The notes beneath the pieces were generated by a model, which saw nothing but the letters and a program-made list of their open reading frames with translations, was not told the origin of the DNA and made no database searches. DNA of 64,000 bases from the IMG/VR virus record IMGVR_UViG_3300037258_000147, positions 1-64,000 of that record. One strand, 5' to 3'. The translations under genes and the position numbers were made by a program. This stretch comes from a virus. Of this stretch, positions 1-10,600 are shown piece after piece. Position 1 is the stretch's first letter. Each line of letters begins with the position of its first letter.

Positions 1-251
1 GAACTACTGTTCAACTTCAAGACGGATCGGAAATCAACGAGTGCGAACGCTGCGGACGGTCCATTACTTGGACCAACTTCGAGATGAACGAAATTCTACC
101 GAAGGGTAAAGGCGGCGGTAAAACTGGAGGGGAAGTCAGCTTGGAAAACTGCGAGGCTTTGTGTCGCGGGTGCCATCAAGGTTCCCCGGACTCTGCCCAC
201 GGAAATAGACGGTGGCATACTGCAAAACTTAACTTGGAATCAGGACCCTAA
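1..251 (+). CDS. HNH-like endonuclease, 5'-truncated by window edge
   Basis: Frame from nt 3 reads ...CERCGRSITWTNFEMNEILPKGKGGGKTGGEVSLENCEALCRGCHQ...* (CxxC ... N-x-x-x-LCxxCH); not in the ORF track. Confidence 0.6.
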   Translation, partial: TTVQLQDGSEINECERCGRSITWTNFEMNEILPKGKGGGKTGGEVSLENCEALCRGCHQGSPDSAHGNRRWHTAKLNLESGP

Positions 252-769
252 TGATCGAACCCCTTGAATACTCCCCCGTAATTTCGGATATATTAAAGAA
301 ATTAAAGGTAAAGCCTCAGCATAAAGAAGACCTTACTCAAGAATGTTATGTTGCTTTAATCGAGAAACGGAAGCACTTAGATCACGGAATAAAAATAGGG
401 AAGGGCAAGGAATACGCGGCCTTAATCTGCCGGTCCAGAATTTTGGATTTGTGGGATAAAGAAAGCCCGAGAAACGCAGAGGATAAATTGGAAAAAGTCA
501 GGTTCGAGTCGCTGTCTGATCCTTCGGTTTACAGAAAGGCGGCGAAGGTCTGGGCAACCGAGGAGGTCCAGCCGTGTGCCACAAAAGACGAACTTGAAGA
601 CGCTATATTATCTCTCCAGTTCGATGAATATCGAGTGATTTATGAACGGTATGTCGAAGAGAAAACTCTAGAAGAAACCGCCTCGGCAATCGGAAGTAAT
701 GTTCCCGCAGTTTGGCGGCTGGAGCAAAAAGGAATCGAAGGCTTAAAGAAATATTTCGAGGTAAGTTAA
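251..769 (+). CDS. RNA polymerase sigma-70 family (ECF-like) factor
   Basis: EDLTQE region-2-like segment; C-terminal region-4 HTH (YRVIYERYVEEKTLEETASAIGSNVPAVWRLEQKGIEGLK). Confidence 0.75.
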   Translation: MIEPLEYSPVISDILKKLKVKPQHKEDLTQECYVALIEKRKHLDHGIKIGKGKEYAALICRSRILDLWDKESPRNAEDKLEKVRFESLSDPSVYRKAAKVWATEEVQPCATKDELEDAILSLQFDEYRVIYERYVEEKTLEETASAIGSNVPAVWRLEQKGIEGLKKYFEVS

Positions 770-772
770 CTA

Positions 773-1195
773 ATGGGACTTCTTACTACAATAACAGTAA
801 CGTGCGATAACCCCGAATGTCCTAACGGGCGGAAGGGTCCTGCGGTAATTTCCTGGGAAAAGGAGCATGTCGAATCTGGAAAAATTGAGATGCCGGAGGC
901 GGCCAAATACCTGGTTCTTCTAAACCAAAACGGGAAAATGATTACTTTTTGCACTCAATTATGCGCTTCCAGTGCTTTTTTGCCTCCTGGTTATGATATA
1001 ATGCAAAAGAAAGTCATACCAATACCAAGTACCGAGAATCTTCAAAACGCTCCCGAGAACTCCTCGGGGCTAAAAAATTGCAAGTGCGACCACCCCGTCC
1101 ATTACCACAATAAATGGGGGTGCCAAGCAGTCTTGTCTAAAGAACCTGGGGATTTTTGTAAGTGTAGTGCGCAAGGACCGGAGGGAGAGCGGTGA
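773..1195 (+). CDS. hypothetical Cys/His-rich protein
   Basis: ORF in tightly coupled operon; CDNPEC, FCTQLC, CKCDH...H motifs. Confidence 0.6.
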   Translation: MGLLTTITVTCDNPECPNGRKGPAVISWEKEHVESGKIEMPEAAKYLVLLNQNGKMITFCTQLCASSAFLPPGYDIMQKKVIPIPSTENLQNAPENSSGLKNCKCDHPVHYHNKWGCQAVLSKEPGDFCKCSAQGPEGER

Positions 1196-1560
1196 TTACT
1201 TCCTCGGATTTTACAAAATCTCTGCTTGCCCTTGCCTGCTGGCGGGCCGCTAAAACCGATCTACACTCGTCCATGTTAGGCGTCTGCATGGTGTTTATGA
1301 ACCGGGTGAAACTAAAGTGGTACGCCGGGGATTTATACGATAACGTAACTCGCTGGCTTTCAGAAAACCCAGGCGAATTTCCAGATACCAGAGACCCTGA
1401 GTTTGAAAAACTACTAGCTAGTATAGACGCGGTATTGGCGGGAATGTATACGGACAAGACTGCCGGGGCTTTATGGTTCGCTCCAACATCTAGTCTAGAA
1501 CCTGAGGGAATTACCGGAACGGTAACCACAACAATAGGAAGTTTAGCTTTTATTCGATGA
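1192..1560 (+). CDS. SleB/Hydrolase_2-like cell-wall hydrolase homologue, apparently degenerate
   Basis: LALACWRAA...MLGVCMVFMNRV...TDKTAGALWF resembles SleB (WxEARGE...VxxVxxNRV...DPTxGAxxF). Confidence 0.55.
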   Translation: MITSSDFTKSLLALACWRAAKTDLHSSMLGVCMVFMNRVKLKWYAGDLYDNVTRWLSENPGEFPDTRDPEFEKLLASIDAVLAGMYTDKTAGALWFAPTSSLEPEGITGTVTTTIGSLAFIR

Positions 1561-1724
1561 GCCCAATCTTTAACTACCGTTGTACTGTTTGCGGGTCCGA
1601 GACAGAGAAACTTGTCCATAAAACGGACGAACCGCCAGAGTGTTCCCAATGCGGGAACAAAACAATTCAAGTCTGGAGCACTCCTAGCCCAGCGCAGTGG
1701 AAGTGCAGTAAAGGAAGTTTGTGA
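1557..1724 (+). CDS. FmdB-like zinc-ribbon protein (55 aa)
   Basis: MSPIFNYRCTVCGSETEKLV...PPECSQCG; ATGA overlap with previous stop. Confidence 0.7.
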   Translation: MSPIFNYRCTVCGSETEKLVHKTDEPPECSQCGNKTIQVWSTPSPAQWKCSKGSL

Positions 1725-1754
1725 TGGGAATTACGACGGGGCAAGGACACGCCG

Positions 1755-2240
1755 GTGAGTAAACCAAAAACTCAGGCACAGTTGGACAAGGCTACCGACC
1801 AGCGGTTAAGAAAAACCTATAACATTTCCTTAACGGATTACAAAGTTTTGCTTAGGTCCAATTGTGGAAATTGCTGGATTTGCGGTCGTCCTCCAAACAA
1901 GTGCAGATTATCAGTAGATCATGACCATGCGTGGAAGAAAGTTAAAATTCAGTCCGAAAAATGGACTCCAGAAAAGAACAACGCGGATACGTGGTGCGTA
2001 GAAGCAGACTATCTCGGACAAAATTTTTTCGCTATCAATCCAAAGAAATCTGAAGCCGTCAAGGAACTTAAACAGCAGCTTCTTAGGGCTAGTGTTCGGG
2101 GTCTGTGTTGCGTGTGGTGCAATAGAGGTCTTCGGTACTACCACGACTCTCCCGAAATTTTGCGCTCTGCGGCTCGGTACTTGGATGATTTCTCGGACAG
2201 AAACACGATAACGCTTATAGATTCTCAAGGACGACTATGA
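1755..2240 (+). CDS. endonuclease VII family protein
   Basis: YNISLTDY...CWICG...LSVDHDH...VRGLCCVWCNRGL. Confidence 0.85.
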   Translation: MSKPKTQAQLDKATDQRLRKTYNISLTDYKVLLRSNCGNCWICGRPPNKCRLSVDHDHAWKKVKIQSEKWTPEKNNADTWCVEADYLGQNFFAINPKKSEAVKELKQQLLRASVRGLCCVWCNRGLRYYHDSPEILRSAARYLDDFSDRNTITLIDSQGRL

Positions 2241-2410
2241 AGCACACGATCCGAATTAAACGACATGTAATCCGGGATATAATGGCTTCTATTATCGGCG
2301 GTTGTTTTGTCGGAGCCTTAATCCACTGGTGGCTGGCTATTGTAGGGCTGGCTTTAATGGTTACTCTTTTCATTGAGGAAAGAGCAGATATTGAGGAGGA
2401 AGAAGAATGA
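2237..2410 (+). CDS. small membrane protein (57 aa)
   Basis: MKHTIRIKRHVIRDIMASIIGGCFVGALIHWWLAIVGLALMVTLFIEE...; overlaps neighbouring start/stop codons. Confidence 0.55.
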   Translation: MKHTIRIKRHVIRDIMASIIGGCFVGALIHWWLAIVGLALMVTLFIEERADIEEEEE

Positions 2411-2772
2411 TTTATGTGTTTATAGCGGTTCTGATCGGAACATCTGTCGCTGTTTCTCTTGCGATAGACTCTTTCTCCGAAAAATTTGTCCATAAAATGG
2501 ACGACCTTCTTCTAAAATTAACGGAAGTCTCCGATAGTCTGAGCGGAATATACGAAGAGATGTACGAACTTAGCGGACATTTTATACAATTGGAGAAAAC
2601 CGCGATAATTTCAGACGAAGCCTTAGAAATCTTAAAGCGTCAGGCTGCCCGTGACCCGTCCAAAAGTATTACTAAAGACGGCCTATCTTTCTACGAAGAA
2701 GGGCTAAAAGACGGGGCCGCCGAACTAGCTAAATCTATTTTGGAACACATCAAGGAGCCAGTAAATGGGTAA
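2407..2772 (+). CDS. hypothetical protein with N-terminal TM helix
   Basis: hydrophobic N-terminus; ATGA coupling. Confidence 0.6.
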   Translation: MIYVFIAVLIGTSVAVSLAIDSFSEKFVHKMDDLLLKLTEVSDSLSGIYEEMYELSGHFIQLEKTAIISDEALEILKRQAARDPSKSITKDGLSFYEEGLKDGAAELAKSILEHIKEPVNG

Positions 2773-4042
2773 GACAGTTCCAGTTCCAGAAGAAAAGAAA
2801 CAGGCAATATACCGATTGAAGAGCCAGTATCCGTCTTGGAGTGGACGGACCATAGCCGAAGAGTTGGGCATGGCCCCTAGGACGGTCGAGAGGATTTTGG
2901 AGAAGAAAAACTCGGAAGTTTTTTCTGGAAGGCAAGAACTCCAATCCTTGACCGAAACCTCGGAAGTTAAGGGAGATACGTGGAACATATCTCTGCCCGA
3001 AACTAGTATTCACACACTAGAAGAACTACTGGAATACTGCAAAGTCGATTTGACGATCTGGGAAACAGAAAAATTCGTATGTAATAAGTGGGAACTCGGG
3101 TACAAAAATGACAAAAATGAGGGGGAAGTTTTACCTCTCTTCCAAGTCAAGGCTTTCCTCAAGAAGAAGAAAAATATCGAGGCTGCTATAAATGAAATCG
3201 CCGAACTCAAGGAACTTGCCAAGGAAAACTTTGAGGAGGCGCCATATAAGGTTCATATACTGTCTCCCGAAAATCTGATGCTTGAGCTAACCATGCCTGA
3301 TGTGCATTTCGGAAAACTGGCTTGGGGAGTGGAAACCGGTCACGCGAATTACGATGTTAAGATCGCCGAGTCCATTTATTGGACGGCTTTCGAGACGATT
3401 CTAAGCCGCGCCGAACACAGATGGTTCAACAACATCTTGTTTGTTGTCGGGAATGATATTTTGAATTCTGACGATATCGAAGGAAGAACGACCTCCGGAA
3501 CCTACGTTAGTTCAGACGCCCGATATCACAAGACCTTTTCAGCCGTTCGCTCTACTCAAGTCCGGGCTATTGAAAAGCTCCGAAAGATTGCCCCAGTAAA
3601 AGTAATAACTGTGCAAGGAAATCACGACCAGCTGTCCTGCTGGCACCTTGGGGATTCCTTAGAGTGCTATTTCCACAACTATGCTGATGTTGAAATCGAC
3701 AACCTGCCTAGGCAAAGAAAGTACCACGAGCATGGATTGGTAGGACTAATGTGGACCCATGGCCACAAAGCGAAGAGGACCGACTACCCAGCTTTGATGG
3801 CTGCGGAGCAACCCCAGATGTGGGGCCGGACTAAGTACCGGGAGTGTCATACTGGACACTTGCACATGACCAAAACCGACGAGCAGCACGGGTTTAGAAC
3901 CAGGATTTTACCCTCCCTGACCGCCCCTGACGATTGGCTTGCCACCAACGGCTTTGTAGGCAATCTGAGAAACGCCGAAGGATATGTCTGGTCTGGAAAA
4001 GAAGGGTTAGTCGAACAAGTTTATTACACGGTGCCTGAATGA
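2765..4042 (+). CDS. HTH + calcineurin-like metallophosphoesterase
   Basis: N-terminal SGRTIAEELGMAPRTVERIL HTH; DVH, GND, GNHD, HGH and GHLH motifs. Confidence 0.85.
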   Translation: MGKTVPVPEEKKQAIYRLKSQYPSWSGRTIAEELGMAPRTVERILEKKNSEVFSGRQELQSLTETSEVKGDTWNISLPETSIHTLEELLEYCKVDLTIWETEKFVCNKWELGYKNDKNEGEVLPLFQVKAFLKKKKNIEAAINEIAELKELAKENFEEAPYKVHILSPENLMLELTMPDVHFGKLAWGVETGHANYDVKIAESIYWTAFETILSRAEHRWFNNILFVVGNDILNSDDIEGRTTSGTYVSSDARYHKTFSAVRSTQVRAIEKLRKIAPVKVITVQGNHDQLSCWHLGDSLECYFHNYADVEIDNLPRQRKYHEHGLVGLMWTHGHKAKRTDYPALMAAEQPQMWGRTKYRECHTGHLHMTKTDEQHGFRTRILPSLTAPDDWLATNGFVGNLRNAEGYVWSGKEGLVEQVYYTVPE

Positions 4043-4275
4043 GAAAACCGCTGTCTATTTATAGTTACATTACTGGTCGGCATGACAGGAATCTTTTTCA
4101 TATCTGGTTGACTTGGCTTCTGGAACTCGGCGGTGAATTTCTTCCGTATGTCGGCCCTGGAAGAAAACCAGTTACTGGTAGGAGAAATCCCGACACCAAA
4201 CCAAGGCAGTACGAACTCAATCCAGAAAAATATGGCATGGACCCGAAGACTGGTAGTATATGGAGGAGACGATGA
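4039..4275 (+). CDS. hypothetical protein
   Basis: ATGA overlaps at both ends. Confidence 0.5.
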   Translation: MRKPLSIYSYITGRHDRNLFHIWLTWLLELGGEFLPYVGPGRKPVTGRRNPDTKPRQYELNPEKYGMDPKTGSIWRRR

Positions 4276-4685
4276 CAGAATACGTGGCTGGATTTCTTTT
4301 CGATGGCTACCAAGTAGCCTTAGTAGTAAAGAACCGACCTAGCTGGCAAGCTGGGAGAATGAACGGGATTGGTGGTCATATTGAAGCCGGAGAAACCGCC
4401 CGAGAGGCCATGGCCCGAGAATTCCGGGAAGAAACTGGTTGCTCTGATCGGATTTTGTGGAAGAAATTCGCTGTTCTCTCGGGTTCAGATTTTGTAGTAA
4501 ACTTTTTCTACTCCTACGGAAATACATCAAAACTAAAAACCACAACTGATGAAAAAATAGTGGTAGTTCCAATCAGCGAAATAAATGTCAATAACTCAAT
4601 TCCAAATCTAACGTGGTTGATTCCGATGGCTAAATCCATGAACTGCGATAACGCCGAGGTGTTTTATATAACGGAGGAATCATGA
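4272..4685 (+). CDS. Nudix hydrolase
   Basis: Nudix box GGHIEAGETAREAMAREFREETG; GGAGG RBS before ATG 4272. Confidence 0.9.
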   Translation: MTEYVAGFLFDGYQVALVVKNRPSWQAGRMNGIGGHIEAGETAREAMAREFREETGCSDRILWKKFAVLSGSDFVVNFFYSYGNTSKLKTTTDEKIVVVPISEINVNNSIPNLTWLIPMAKSMNCDNAEVFYITEES

Positions 4686-5077
4686 AAGTCTATCTAGCGG
4701 CTCAATATCCTAGACGGAATGAGATGCGGCAGGCGGCGTCTATTCTAAGGTTTAACGGAATAGAAGTCACGAGTCGTTGGCTAGAAGAAATTGCTCCTCT
4801 TACCTCGCAATTACATGACGCAAGTGCCTCCGAAAATTCTAACGGAGCCATAACCGACAAGGAGGATATTGAACGAGCAGACGCCGTTGTTCGTTTTTCC
4901 GAAAGCCCTACGTTGGGTTTGCCGCGAGGCGCCCATCACACCGAATTTGGTTTAGCTATGGGGTTGGGAAAGAAGTTGATTGTTATTGGAGGACCAGAAA
5001 ATATCTTCGACTACCTCCCGAACGTCATTCATTATTCTACTTTGACTGGTTTTCTAGACGCAGAAAAGGGAGTATGA
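4682..5077 (+). CDS. nucleoside 2-deoxyribosyltransferase-like protein
   Basis: MKVYLAA...DKEDIERADAVV...GAHHTEFGLAMGLGKKLIVIG. Confidence 0.75.
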   Translation: MKVYLAAQYPRRNEMRQAASILRFNGIEVTSRWLEEIAPLTSQLHDASASENSNGAITDKEDIERADAVVRFSESPTLGLPRGAHHTEFGLAMGLGKKLIVIGGPENIFDYLPNVIHYSTLTGFLDAEKGV

Positions 5078-5382
5078 CTCCGCTGCCAACTGACGCAAAG
5101 GAAAGAAAGAATATACCTATCGGGACGGGCGTGTTGGATTATTTTCCAGACGCTCTGGCTGAAGTAGCTAAAGCCTCTATCGCAGGAAACAAACAACATT
5201 TGGATGGAGAGCCTTTACACTGGGATCGTACCAAAAGCGCAGACAACGCGGACGCTTTGATTCGACATTTCCTGGAACGGGGAAAGTTCGATGTTGACTC
5301 CGTGCGACACTCTTCCAAGGTTGCATGGCGTGCGCTTGCGATTCTTCAACTAGAAATAGAAAAAGATAGGGAGAACAAATAA
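5074..5382 (+). CDS. dATP/dGTP diphosphohydrolase-like (DUF5664-type) protein
   Basis: YFPDALAEVAKASIAGNKQH...W...DALIRH...H...VAWRALA. Confidence 0.7.
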   Translation: MTPLPTDAKERKNIPIGTGVLDYFPDALAEVAKASIAGNKQHLDGEPLHWDRTKSADNADALIRHFLERGKFDVDSVRHSSKVAWRALAILQLEIEKDRENK

Positions 5383-5384
5383 AA

Positions 5385-6073
5385 ATGTCACGGGGCCATT
5401 ATGTAAATTTGGTTGGACAACGGTTTGGTACGAGAACGGTCATTTCTAGAGGACCTGATTTTCCGAGTAAAGGGGCCAAAGAGGACCCAACCATTATAGA
5501 GTTTATTGGAAAGTCAAATGTGATTGCGGAAATGAATACATAGGTGAGATTCAATACATTCGCACGCATCAAAATGATCCGTGTCGAAAGTGTAGCCCCG
5601 GTTTGAAAGCTCCCCGACCGGGCAGAAGAAAGCGCCCTTACGAAGCCCAATATAATGCTTGGGTAGCCCGATCTAGATATCCGATAAGCATTACTTACGA
5701 GCAGTTTGTAGAGTTTACCAAAATCCCCGAGTGTCACTATTGCGGAGCTTCTGTAATATGGACTAAGCACCGACTCAAAGATACCATAAGGGTTTCTTAT
5801 GCTTCCAATTTGGACAGGGTTGACGGTACCAAACCATACGATCTAAGTAATGTCGTAGTATGCTGCATGAGATGTAATATTGGAAAGAACACTCTTTTTA
5901 GCTACGAAGAGTGGAAGCAAATTGGAGAAGTAATTCGCTCTTGGGGTCCTTCTGGTCGATTTGGAAGAATACCAAGGAGACGACCAAAATTATCCAACAA
6001 CGGGGGCGGTAACATAGCCATACTCAAAACAGGAGAGAGCCAAAATGGCAATGATATTCACAACCAAGGATAG
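5385..6073 (+). pseudogene. HNH homing endonuclease, frameshifted near 5468-5490
   Basis: MSRGHYVNLVGQRFGTRTVIS in one frame continues as YWKVKCDCGN...CHYCG...LDRVD...NVVVCCMRCN in the -1 frame. Confidence 0.7.
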
Positions 6074-6277
6074 GATTCTTCCTACCCTAAAAGTTGGAAG
6101 AAGAAGTTGAGATAACCATAACGATGGACAAAGAAAATGTCTATCTCCAAATAGGACCACGAGATTGGGCGTGGAATCGAGCAACCAAAGAACTACATAG
6201 CTCCGGCACTGATTTAGGTGCTTTCAGCGGTAAAGATGCGGAGTTTTGGACGAGATAACCAATCCGAATAATGGACA

Positions 6278-6310
6278 CAAAAATACCCACCTGATCTCTC
6301 GGGTGGGTAT
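6278..6310 (-). terminator. intrinsic terminator ending the minus-strand virion operon
   Basis: minus strand ATACCCACC...GGTGGGTAT hairpin followed by a T run, just past the stop at 6329. Confidence 0.75.
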
Positions 6311-6328
6311 CGGTGTTTGTGGGGATGT

Positions 6329-7675
6329 TTACTGTTTCTTAGGGGATTCGCCGGTATCCAAGTAATCCTGCATCTTCCGTAGGATTTGAATCTGCTTTAC
6401 GGAATACATCGTGTGTCCGGAATCCTTCTGACCTTGATGACCGTTTCCTTCGTTGGCTAAGTACCCTCGAATATAGGCATCGTAGGTGGGGCCGAAACGG
6501 TCAGTTGATTTGTTCACGTCGTCCCACCAAGTTTTATTCTGCTTCTGTCTTTCAAGTTCTTGCGGGGTGAAACTCTGCATGAACTGATCGCGCAAGTTTT
6601 TCCAATATGGATCGCTGGACATACCGTGCATCAGATCGCCATACACAGCTTTCTTCAAAAGTTCAGGATTCTTCTTTAGATCGTCCGAGTAAATCTCAAT
6701 GACATTCTTACCAGGGGCCGGTGATGGAAAGTCTTTGGTTCCTGGGTCGTCTGATTTCCAATATTCTAATCCGCCTCTTTCCTTGAGACCGCGTTTCGAA
6801 CGCTCTGGATCAGCCAACACCACAACGGTATTATCCTTATTAAACGTCTTGGAGAGGCCGGGATATTTTTGCAGCACCTCTTGTAATACTTGGGAAGGCT
6901 GCGCTTGCTTGTTTTTGGGGGTTGTAGATTGAGATTTGCCGCCCATTAGAGGATCAGCGGGCAACACCCCGAGGCCTGGTGTGTCATACGAAGGCAGACC
7001 AGGAGGTTTTGGGGAGCCGGTGATGTCTATGGGTTTCTGAATGCCAAGCAATTCGAGCAGCGGACTTCTGTCCAGATTTACTTTGGAACTCGGCATGTCA
7101 GCTAGTTGTTGAATGAACGGATGATACGCTTGTTGCAGATCGTACATCTGTTTTTCTTCAGCGGGTGTGATTTTTCCTTGGGCTGCTTTGGCCAAATACT
7201 GATCGTGATAGAATTTGTAGTCCTTGACGATCTCGGCTTGTTGTTCGTCGTTGAAGTCTGCTATAGTGTTCCGATTTGCTAACGCCGTTTGGAGACCTTT
7301 GATCCCACCGTAATCGTATGCGGCTCTTCCGGATTGAGTTACCGGTGCCGACACGCTTGGGAGGTCTTTGTTGCGAGTCTCCTGATAGGTGTGCGTCAAC
7401 TCGTGGTTGAGAATTGGTGGGCCGTACAAATCTGGAGAGAGAACTTGTACTTTATACGGATCGTCGTCAGACACTTTTGCGATTGAGTTTCTGTCTAGTT
7501 CTGTTATCGGAGCAGTCTCTACTTGGCGCACTTTGCTCATATCGATTCCGCTTTGAATGAATGCAGGCACGTCGCTGTAATCGACTACATACCCAGACGG
7601 CGGAGTTACGTCTACCCTATACCCCGGGGGAGGAATAGGTTGTCCATTATTCGGACTGACGACGGGACTAGCCAT
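6329..7675 (-). CDS. putative internal virion/ejection protein with HExxH metallopeptidase-like domain
   Basis: ILNHELTH...YDYGG...EQQAEIV; last gene of the ejection-protein cluster. Confidence 0.6.
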   Translation of the reverse strand: MASPVVSPNNGQPIPPPGYRVDVTPPSGYVVDYSDVPAFIQSGIDMSKVRQVETAPITELDRNSIAKVSDDDPYKVQVLSPDLYGPPILNHELTHTYQETRNKDLPSVSAPVTQSGRAAYDYGGIKGLQTALANRNTIADFNDEQQAEIVKDYKFYHDQYLAKAAQGKITPAEEKQMYDLQQAYHPFIQQLADMPSSKVNLDRSPLLELLGIQKPIDITGSPKPPGLPSYDTPGLGVLPADPLMGGKSQSTTPKNKQAQPSQVLQEVLQKYPGLSKTFNKDNTVVVLADPERSKRGLKERGGLEYWKSDDPGTKDFPSPAPGKNVIEIYSDDLKKNPELLKKAVYGDLMHGMSSDPYWKNLRDQFMQSFTPQELERQKQNKTWWDDVNKSTDRFGPTYDAYIRGYLANEGNGHQGQKDSGHTMYSVKQIQILRKMQDYLDTGESPKKQ

Positions 7676-10600
7676 TTACCGGTGCTCCAGTCTGATTATC
7701 GTACCAATTTTGTCCGTCATTCGAGCCAACGCGGTGACCCGTTTGTGCGTGAGTCGCGGTGTACAAATACGCAGCCTCTCTTTGAACAGCCGGAGGAATA
7801 TAAGACTGTGGCCCCGGCGCTGATCCGGGTATCATTCGAATAAACTTCTGAAATACTGGGTCTTTGGACCTTTCTTCTGGGGTTTCCTCTTTTTTTGCTT
7901 TAGTCAAGTATCGTTTTTGAGTTTTTATAGTTAGAGGAATTAAGGCTGCTTTCTCCGACGGATTAGCTAAATCCAGCATCTGAAGATACTGGGTTGCGGG
8001 CAAGCGAGAGGCTCGGCTGTACAGCAAAGCGATGTCGGGGGTCTTTCCTTGAGTGGACTTTACGTTATCTTGAATTTTCTTAAGTTCCGATTCCCGTAGT
8101 TGGTCCGTTTGGTAAGTTAACTTGTAAAGGTCGGGCCACGACAACTCTCCAGCCCGAACCTGATCCTCTATACGGAGGACTTGGCGATGTCTGGCTTGGG
8201 CCACCGGGTCCAAAGGTCCGTCCTCGCTATGACTGGAGGCCAAATCTGCCGCGAATTTTTGTGCCGGTGTTGAATAGGTTTGAGCGGTTCCCCCAACAGA
8301 TTTCCACGTTTGTCCTATGTTTCCAACCTCAGGGCCGCTGCCCGACATAGCTTGTCCGGCAGATTGGACCGGGATCGGGGCCATATTACGAAATACATCC
8401 GCCCACAAATCCTCTGGTGCTAGTTTACGACCATACTGGTCTCTTCCTTCAGACAATTCATCTAGTCCCCGAAATGTTGGAGACAAACGTCCCTTAATAA
8501 AACGAACGGGGTCCGAGGCCGCTGAAAGTAGATCGGTTGGTAGAGTTCTGATACCAAAAACCGTTTCCTTACCTTCTTTGTTCTTTACAGCCAGTCCAAA
8601 AGGAGCTTCGTAATGTGGGTTGCCAGTAGTTACTAAATTCAAAACACGTGAAACTCCCCAGAGCCCAAGAGCCATTTTAGCTACTTGGGCACGCCCAATC
8701 CCCCCTTCGTCTTTGTTAAATAATCTGGCACCAGAACGCATCTCTGACTCTAGCCAATCGGGGGCCAACAGCAGTAGCCGCCCCCAGTCCTGGCTCGTAG
8801 CAGCCCGACCCATTGCCCTCCAATTGATTCCACCAAATGTTTCGTTAGCGTGGGTACCTGCGGCTTTTGCTACCCTATCTACTGACCAATCTGGATGAGC
8901 AGATTCATACTGACGATACAACAACTCTATTGCTCTGGATTTCAAAGCCGGTATGTAACGCTTAAATAAAAAATCTTGATACCAGTCCAAAGCATTGGAC
9001 AAAGTTTTCCCGATTAAAGGCACCGACTTGATGATTCCGCCTCCCGCCGACACGCCTTCTGAGTGCTCTTGTAGCGCTTTGTAGTCGGTTCCTAGCGTGG
9101 CTCCGTGTTCTACGGCTTTGCGTAGAATAGTAGGAGAATAAGGATCGGAAGGATCAATTTTCTGCCCGTTCAAAACATCTGGTCCAGTTATGTGAAATGG
9201 ATTTATACCCGTCATAATTCCGCGTAATGCTTCTTGCGCCAAGTGGAAAGGTGACAGACTAAGCAAGGTCTGCTTCAATTTCGTCCCAGCGCCCAACAGA
9301 GCCTTGCCTATTGGATTAGAAGCAATAGCAGATTTTTCCAATCCTAATCTGTTCTGCAAATATTCAGCAAACTCCGGGTGCACACGCACGTCCGAGCGCA
9401 CGAATACCGGCGCTCCGTCAGCCGAGTTGGTGACGAAGTTCCAGCCCTTCATTGCGTTATTATCAAGGCTTATGTAATCTTGCGGGTCCCAAGCGTAAAG
9501 TTTCTTTAATCCGTCATTGAAATCTTTCAGCCCGGAAAAATCCTTATTCCCCAGCATGGACTTTAGATACATGATCTGGGTTCTTAACTTATTGTTTCCT
9601 ACTTCGTCGTATTTTGCATTGGTTCTTCCAGCTTGGTCCTCAAGTCTGTCTATGGCCGTGCCTATATTTCCTGGATTAACATAAGGAGTAATATCTCTTA
9701 TAGTTCCGTCGTCCAAAAATCTTTGCAAATCCCCGGACTTAGTAAGTTGGTCTACCACAGGGTCTGCAATATTTATTCTTCTTACTCTGTTCGGATCGAA
9801 ATACATCCGAGGGTCCTCGCCATTTTGTCCAGAAACCATTTGACCTTGACCAGAAAGAACTACCGCAGGACGGCCATCAGACCCTCTAGGAAACTTGTCT
9901 CTTAAAGTATCAATCAACTGCCGGTTTGCAGCAGCCTTGATTAAAGACGTACGTCCTTGAGCCGTGATTTGCACGGGGTCAAGGAACATTTCTTTCGGAG
10001 ATTTTAAGAGTGCGGTTAAGTTAGAGTCATAAACCCTTTGTCTAGCCATTGAAACATTAGTAGACAGTTTGCCTTGTTTGGCGTCGGACAAAATTACATT
10101 GCCTTGTGGATTAGTGTCTTGATATACACGAGTCATATAATCTTCTATATGTGAGTATAGAAGGTCGTTTGCCGAACCGATTTCGAAGTTCTTGGCCTGC
10201 TGCTCCCCTAAATATTTTGAAGCCGCGAGTTCTTTATCAGACAGTTCTCCGTTTGCTACCCTTCTAAGGGAGTTTAGAACGAGATTCTGGTAGTCTTTGG
10301 AATGATTCTTGAAAACATTCGACTTGATCTGTTCGTCAAGTTGTCCATTTAACGGACGGATTTGCGACTGGTTGAAGGCTACATAAGTGTCTTCTCCAGA
10401 ACCCTCCAGATTATTTTTGTAGACAAGTCCGTCGTAACCCTTGGATTGAAGATAAGATTTGACCTTTTCAAGTTCTTCGTTTTGCGCTTGTTGGAAAGAT
10501 GAAAAAAGTTTGTCTTTGATTTCCTGCTTGGACAGACCCTGTAATCCCTCAGGACCGCCGTAGATTTCTGTTTGCCGGTCGTTTAATCTCTTGGCTAGTT

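Noticed and set aside
5460-5500. Programmed -1 frameshift in the HNH gene
   Set aside because: No in-frame X XXY YYZ slippery site; mutation or assembly error is more likely.
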